This document shows positions 56,756 to 64,000 of a stretch of DNA of 64,000 nucleotides, in pieces. The notes below the pieces were generated by a model. That model was not told where the DNA came from. It did no database searches and saw nothing but the letters and a program-made list of their open reading frames with translations. The position numbers and the translations under genes are program-made. The DNA comes from Eledone cirrhosa (taxonomy: Eukaryota). The stretch covers positions 38,047-102,046 of the forward strand of contig CAXHJY010000202.1 in assembly GCA_964016885.1 (NCBI GenBank), written 5' to 3'. Numbering within the stretch: the first letter of the stretch is position 1; every line of letters begins with the position of its first letter.

Positions 56756-56846
56756 TGTTTCTACTTTTGGCACAAGGCCAGCAATTACCCAGTGCATTAC
56801 TGGTACTTTATTTTATCGACCCCGTAAGAATGAAAGGCAAAATTAA
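56756..56846 (-). mobile_element. 5'-truncated SINE copy
   Basis: 18-bp TSD CCTCTCTGAAGAGATAAT at 56738-56755 and 56847-56864. Confidence 0.85.
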
Positions 56847-57120
56847 CCTCTCTGAAGAGATAATGGAAGCTTCCAAGTATAGCACTTTCGAAATAGCGAG
56901 CAAAAACATTTTATGTTATCAATCTGTTATTTAGAACTCCTCAAACATTCAACTGTCTCCCTAAAGAATTCAGACATATAAAAGGGACCTCTATTGAGAA
57001 ACGGAAAAATCATTGGATGGACACCTGACCATAATCCCTGACCAGTCAACTATTCAGCTGCTGAAATATTCAGTTATACACCAACTTCCGACCATAAAAC
57101 AACAAATGAAAGGAAATAGA

Positions 57121-57175
57121 TTAAGGCGGTGTTCCAGCATGGCAGCAGTACATTGACTGATACCGTTAAGGGAAT
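57121..57175 (+). mobile_element. Very short 3' end of the CR1-type LINE or a SINE sharing its tail
   Basis: GGCGGTGTTCCAGCATGGC..CAG..CTGA resembles the LINE 3' UTR at 7460-7505(-). Confidence 0.5.
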
Positions 57176-57235
57176 ATATATATATGTGTGCGTGTGCGTG
57201 TGCATGTGTGTGTGTAGATGGACATATACACACAT

Positions 57236-57279
<44 letters not shown>

Positions 57280-57542
57280 GTGTGGGTCGTCTAGATGGAC
57301 ACAAACACACGAATATATATATATATATATATAAATATGACTTAATTACTTTATTTTATATATATATATATACATAATGTTAATAATAATAACAGTGTTG
57401 CTATTATATGAGTGTGCATCCAATGAATTCTCTCTTCAATCCCAAGATCAAAACTTGACATGAAACTCTATATATGTCTGTTTATATATATATGTGTGTG
57501 TGTCTGTTTTTCTACGTGCGTGTATCACCATGCGTGTGTGTG

Positions 57543-57633
<91 letters not shown>

Positions 57634-58254
57634 ACGTGTGCGTGTGCGTGTGTGTGTGTGTGTGTGCGTTCATGCACGTGAACGTTCAGTTATGCAGAGA
57701 CATGGAGTGAATGTTGATTACGTGGATGTATAATGTATGCTGAAACATGCTAAACGGTTCTATTACGCACGTTGCTGTATTAGGCAATGATGAAAGATAT
57801 TCATAAGATATCTTAGCTTCATATATTTTACTTGGATCTTTTCGTTTTTGAATGTCAGATTTCCAGCCATCACTATTAATGCGTGACTGAATTTAAATAT
57901 GTTAACTGAAAAGAATCTTCTCAACTAATATTTTTGTGCTTTTTCTTGTTAATCTTTCTTCTGTGTGTATCACCTTCTATCTTAGTTGGCAAATATATTT
58001 ATTTTAGTTTCTTTCGTTTTGTTTCTGTTTCAAACATCGCTATGATAGTAACACACGCTTAACATTCTTAATTCAGATTGCTTAATTCAGATTTTAGCCA
58101 TCATTTTTTAATGCTTCCAGTCGAAGATTAACAAAGGCTTTGATCTTACTTGTCAATATTCATTACTTCCTTTATGATTATGATTAGAGCTTCAGGTCGG
58201 TTTATTAAAACTTTTAAAAAATTGACAGATAGAGAAAAAGTGATATAAATATAT

Positions 58255-58360
<106 letters not shown>

Positions 58361-58995
58361 ATATTGTGAGAAGGTGAGATATAGTAAGAGAGAAAGAAGT
58401 AGTGTTAGAGATTAGGGTAGTGTGAAAGAGGAGAGGACAGAAGAGAATGAAAGAAAGATATCCAAAAAGCATAAAGTCATCCATGATTGGTTGATCGTTT
58501 TAATTTCCCGTAATTCTACTTTCACTTTCTTGAGAATGTGATAAACGATATTGATAATGACATTATAGCTGGAAAACTGTTATGCATGTTTTTTTATAGT
58601 TTTAATTGATGTTTTTTTAATTGTTTTCTTTGTGTTTGTTTCTAGGATGGATTGATGAAAACCTGAATATTTATTCTAAAAATGATATTATTTTAATTAG
58701 GTTCCAGAATAATATTGGAGTTAATTAAGCTTTTGAAGATATTTAAGATAATCCAGCCCCTTCCTCAAAAACGTTAATGTATTAGGCTTGGCTCCTTTCC
58801 TGTCTGAGTTCAAACGCGACAAGGGTTAATTTTACCAAAGGTCGTACGTAGTGGAAAGAAAAGCATCTATTTAAGGTTTGTGATGAAGTATATAGATCCA
58901 ACCTCTGTATGCTCTTTAATATGTTATCTCTTCTTTTCCTGATGATTAATCCATTAAATTCAATGTAACTTGATTTTAGGATTAAATATATAATG

Positions 58996-59210
58996 GTTTC
59001 TTATATAGGCACAAGGCCAGTAATTTTGGGGGAGGGGAGAGTCGATTAAATCGACCCCAGTACGTTACTGGTGCTTTTTTTATCGACCCCGTAAGGATGA
59101 AAGGCAAAGCTAACCTCGGCAGCATTTGAACTCAGATCATGAAGGGCCGTAACTCTATGCTGCAAAGCATGGCGTCCGACCCTCTACCGATACTGCAAAT
59201 CCCCCACCCC
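58996..59210 (-). mobile_element. SINE copy, long-tail form
   Basis: 19-bp TSD TAGGATTAAATATATAATG at 58977-58995 and 59211-59229. Confidence 0.9.
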
Positions 59211-59756
59211 TAGGATTAAATATATAATGATATATACAACATGCTTTCTGAAAACATCGTGTTCCAGTTCGAGGCTAGAAAACAATACGTATTTCAGGCG
59301 CTGAACGTTATCTCTTCTGTAAATTAATTCTGTCATAACATTGTGAATCTACCTCCTCTCGTCGTATTTGTATGTTCAATAATTGTTGTTTAGTAACTTT
59401 GAGAGAATTAATGTTATGTCGATAGTCCGAGAACCCGCAAAAACGAAATTGATAATTTAAATATTTACTCCGAAGGAAAGATATTCCCCCACAAATGTAT
59501 CTTTTAATGGAAAGAATATATCTAAATCTAAATGTGCACGGTATAGCAATAATAACACTTTGAATTTCGTAATAGATATCTAGATATCTAAAGTTGGAAG
59601 AGCGGTCAATCTGGTGAATTGCATATACAGTAATTTAAGCGTATGTTAGTTAAATAGTTTTCTATTGAGCTAAAAAGTTTGAATGTTGGAAAGAAATTGT
59701 TTAACCCTCATACATAAACATATAAGGGTGTGTATGTATGTGTTTGTGTGTGTGTA

Positions 59757-59936
59757 TTCTGGGTTCAATCGGGGGTAACAACAGTAAGTGAGGTACTCGT
59801 ATATACAATATTTAATATAGAACTGACTTCTACAGGACTAGAACTGTTTCATTCGAAGGAAAACACCAGGAAATCTTTCCTGGTGATTTCCTTCGAATGA
59901 AACAGTTCTAGTCCTGTAGAAGCCATTTCTATATTA
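59757..59936. mobile_element. Fold-back pair of mutated HHRs (family of 52281-52327) with tail
   Basis: Arms 59827-59873 and 59876-59922. Plus strand: TTTC-CTGGTGA-T[TTC CTTC GAA]T-GAAA-CAG[TTCTAGTC]CTG-TA|GAAG. Confidence 0.75.
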
Positions 59937-60006
59937 TATATATACATATATATATTGTGTGTGTGTGTGTGTGCGTGTGCGTGTGCGTGTGCGTGTACGT
60001 GTGTGT

Positions 60007-60074
<68 letters not shown>

Positions 60075-60790
60075 CGTACTAACATTAATATCTGGATATT
60101 GTATATTTCATTATTGAGAAAATGAAGATAGATTCCATCAAACAAAACCAATACCAATGATTGAATATTTTTTCACAGGTACCGGAGACTTGTGATACCG
60201 ACATTGGACAAACGATAAACTACGCAAATCTATTGGAAATAGGGATACAAAAGTAAATAATAATAAATTGAACAATTATTGCTTCCTCGTGTCTAGCTTA
60301 TGATACCCTCGGTTTTAAAGACTCAACGATACAAATTATCTTAACATAAGTGGTTTGACATATATTGCTACAAATGTTAGTGATATTATTAATATTGTTT
60401 CCATTTGAGTAAGGGTGGTGGATTGGTAGATTCGTTACAGCGTCGGAAGAAATATCGTATTAGTAGTAGTAGTAGTAGTTACTACTACTAGAAACGAGGA
60501 AGCAATATTATTTCAATTTATTATTATTTACTTTCATCTCCCTAGTGGTGGTGGCGGTGGTAAGAGTTCTTTTTTTTATCTTTCTTCCTAGACTATAAAA
60601 GGTGCCATTTTTAACCGACAACTAATTAATTTTTTGCCTGAGAAGTGGACTTTAGATTGAAGAGTGAACTGGGTCAGCTAGAAAACCTCGACATCTAAAA
60701 ACATGCATACTGAGTTTGTCCTACATAGACATAGTAAAATCACTTAACCTTTGACTCTACAAAACACTTCATCAATGCTCGTATAGTCAC

Positions 60791-60832
60791 TGGAGAGAAT
60801 GAGACAGACCCCCATCTGTCTCATTCTCTCCA
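60791..60832. repeat. Perfect 18-bp hairpin inside an old, split SINE copy (~60412-61015)
   Basis: TGGAGAGAATGAGACAGA-CCCCCA-TCTGTCTCATTCTCTCCA. Confidence 0.7.
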
Positions 60833-62190
60833 TCTCTCGCAGTATTTGTTCCGGCTTTTTTTTCATTCTGACTTGAAATTCTGCTGAGGTCAAATTTGAC
60901 TCTCATCTTTCTGGAGACGAGAAAATAAAATAGCAGTCAAGCACTTGGATCAATATAATCGTCTTTTCTTTTCCCTTCAAAATTGCTGGTCTTTTGCCTA
61001 AATTTGAAGCCATTATCTCCATCTATGTTATTACTATCCTTGTTATAGTTGATGTGTTAGTTATGTTGTAGGTAGTTGTTAGTAATGTTGTATTTCGTGA
61101 TTGTTGTGAAGAGAAACAGAATATGCATCAAATTTATTTTCAATATTTTACTCACATACGCTGCTTTTATATTTCAGAGCAACAGAAAAGTGAGAAGAGT
61201 TTATGAAGAGAATAGAAATGTAATGCACACAGAAATATATACAAACATAATGAAACATACATAAATACAGCTTTCATTATATATAAATATAAGAGAGTGG
61301 TGTTAACAGTATTATTGAAATGAATTAAATCAACTTACAATCACAGCATGGTTGCAGTGCCGACTGTGCAGGAATCTACTACTTTCCTCACGGCTATCGG
61401 CAGTCTTGGATTACGTATTGACTCATAGCCAGTGGTGAATAGCCAATATTTTACAATCTGTTAGTTTAGCTGCCAAAACTGGCATCATAACAATTCCCGG
61501 TAGGTTTCTATTCTGCCTGAAGCAAATCTTTAAATATGATCTTATTAACAAAAAATACATAGTTAAGAAACGGTATTTGTGAACCGGTGCAAGCCGGGTC
61601 TTGCTCACAGCAGTGAGTAAATTTCTCGAAATAAAATTTCGTATAGACCAGTATATATGAAATCAAAACAGTGATTTAGTAGTTCGTACCCAATCACCAT
61701 TTAATTTTAATCATATCTTAGGCACTACCTCGCAATTGTTGGGTAGTATAATTCACTGCATCTAAGAAAATGTGTCTTGTCAGCTGACCAGGCGACAATC
61801 TTGTATCTATGTTTGAGAGGATTATGAATAAAATATTATCGCAACAAAATCATTAAAATCACCACATGAGTCAACCTCTACATGTTTGTACAATTCCTTG
61901 GAGATAGCAGCCGATAATGTAGTATTAAATATATAGTGGCTGAATGTAATCTTTGTTGGTAGTGATCGGAACATCTCCGCATAGAGGTCGGATTATTTAG
62001 GACTGAGCAACAACAACAATAGCAGCACATAAAACGGTAGCTTGATCTGCTTGAAATACGAGCCACATATTACCAGCATCACATCTTGCTCTCAATTACA
62101 AATTATACGAGATTGTCAAATATAGAAAATCTATGATCAACGAAATTCCTATTTAGTGCTGTCACGTATCAAAGAACAACAACCAATTTA

Positions 62191-62224
<34 letters not shown>

Positions 62225-62232
<8 letters not shown>

Positions 62233-62865
62233 TAAAATAACAGATTAAAGTTTAAGCAAAGAATCGTTGCTTTCACCCTTAACGGGATCTTCTGAAACTA
62301 ACAAAGTCAATCTGTAAACGCAGAACTGGATATTTCAAAAAACGTTGCAACCGGAGGAAGACAGGAACACGATACTTTGGTTCGTAGAAACGTTCGCTGG
62401 CGAAGAACGGGAAATAATGAATAATACGTCATTAATAGGAGCGGTGAAAAACAATTACGCGCAAAGACAGAACCACGTGTATGGTATAAAAGAGGTCGTA
62501 GACTAATGTTCTCTTAGGTGGTGCATAGAGACGTTCTCTGGCAATGAACGAGAAAACGAAGATAATACGTCATATGTAGAGCGTGGAGAACAATAGCACG
62601 CAAAGACAAAACCATGTAAATGGTATAGCAGAAGTTGTAGACTAAAATTCTAACTAGGAGACCAAATGAATCTCCGCTACAGAGTTAAGAAGAAAGTAAA
62701 TAAATAAATACATACACGCAAACAAAAACGTACATACACAAGCATACGCAAAACCTAACCATAGGTATACAAAACCACGCACATATAAATGTGTGTGTGT
62801 GTGTATGCGGGTATACAAATAAATAAATAATTATATAAACGTATATAAATAAATAAATACGTATA
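62225..62865 (-). mobile_element. Second copy of the Neptune-type PLE 3' repeat, with a CAGAAGA-core HHR at 62249-62299
   Basis: Reverse complement of ~6400-7160, including both 140-bp units. Confidence 0.85.
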
Positions 62866-62871
62866 TATATA

Positions 62872-62940
62872 TAGGAAAAGAGTAAGGACCCCGACGGCTG
62901 AGTTCCGGCCGTTTCGATACCTAGATCCGATCTAGCTAGA
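62872..62940 (-). mobile_element. Single arm of the GAAACGGC/GAGCTC HHR family
   Basis: GGACCCCGACGGCTGAGTTCCGGCCGTTTCGA. Confidence 0.6.
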
Positions 62941-63433
62941 TATATATAAGGCAGTCATATGTATTTGTATGTTAGTATATGTGTGTGTATGCATCCATGT
63001 TACTATGTGTATATGTGTGTCCAGAGGTCTCTGCACTCATACATATTACCGTATAATATCATATATCTTCTACACATTATCAAAACCATCTTCTAAGAAT
63101 AGTAATTATGCCTACGGTACCGCTTATAAAAAGGTTTAACCAAACCTGATTTAATAAGTTCTTTATTGACGTTACTAATACTGAATGGCTAGAAATGAAA
63201 ATAAGAGATATACGGATATTACAAATCTAATTTAAAAATATCCTTTTGTATTGGAATATTTTAATGATAGTTTTATAAATGTCAACAGATCAATGTTATG
63301 GTGAAATATACAAGTTTCCAAAACAAACAATATCCTTGTACCGAATAAACCGCTCAAAATGTGTGTATATGTGTATACACATATACAAATGACTCTCCAC
63401 ATGTATGTATGAATATAGGCAGATATATGCTAA

Positions 63434-63511
<78 letters not shown>

Positions 63512-63602
63512 CTGTTTTGATACAGGGTTAAATTGTTTCTTGGTTTAGCCAATATCCGAGAGCTCCTATTTACTTTTCGCTGCTTGGTAGGATTTCAAAT
63601 CC

Positions 63603-63705
<103 letters not shown>

Positions 63706-64000
63706 TGTGTGTGTGTGTGTGTTTGTGTGTGTGTGTCTTTGTCCTGTGTGTATGTCTGTGTGTATGTCATGTGTGCTTGTTTCTATTGTGTGATCTATTC
63801 GTCTATTATTTAACTCTAATATATCTATTCTTATGTTGATTCCATTATTAGCTCAAATAATAATTTAATATATATTCCTCCGAGCAAACAATGGTTACGA
63901 TCGCAAATAACATTAAAAAGTTCGCCCTCGCGTGTTTGTTTATTTGCGTAGCGTACACTCCGTCTGCTAAACGTTATAGTTACTGAGAGTGACAATGATC

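Noticed and set aside
61343-61517. Minus-strand AG...GTAAGT exon-like segment
   Set aside because: It has stops in all three frames, so it cannot be supported without transcript data

Overview
AT-rich, microsatellite-saturated eukaryotic non-coding DNA. The dominant SINE looks like an octopod cephalopod family, which is from recollection and not checked. No host protein-coding gene is supportable, and most listed ORFs are translations of (TA)n/(CA)n/(GA)n. Recognisable content: about 20 copies of a tRNA-headed MetaSINE-type SINE with 14-20 bp target-site duplications (TSDs), decayed CR1-type and RTE-type LINE fragments, a non-autonomous Helitron, piggyBac-like and Tc1/mariner-like MITEs, and two decayed Penelope-like elements (PLEs) with C-terminal GIY-YIG endonucleases. 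The main finding is that many short fold-back inserts inside (TA)n tracts belong to at least 8 unrelated PLE-type terminal-repeat families that carry type I hammerhead ribozyme (HHR) motifs. Several have intact canonical cores. Two unrelated families have a CAGAAGA (U4A) core, and one has a UUGAAAA...GCAA (U3-A8, A13C) core. The fold-back junctions repeatedly fall inside the ribozyme. All structures were folded by eye and no catalytic activity has been shown.
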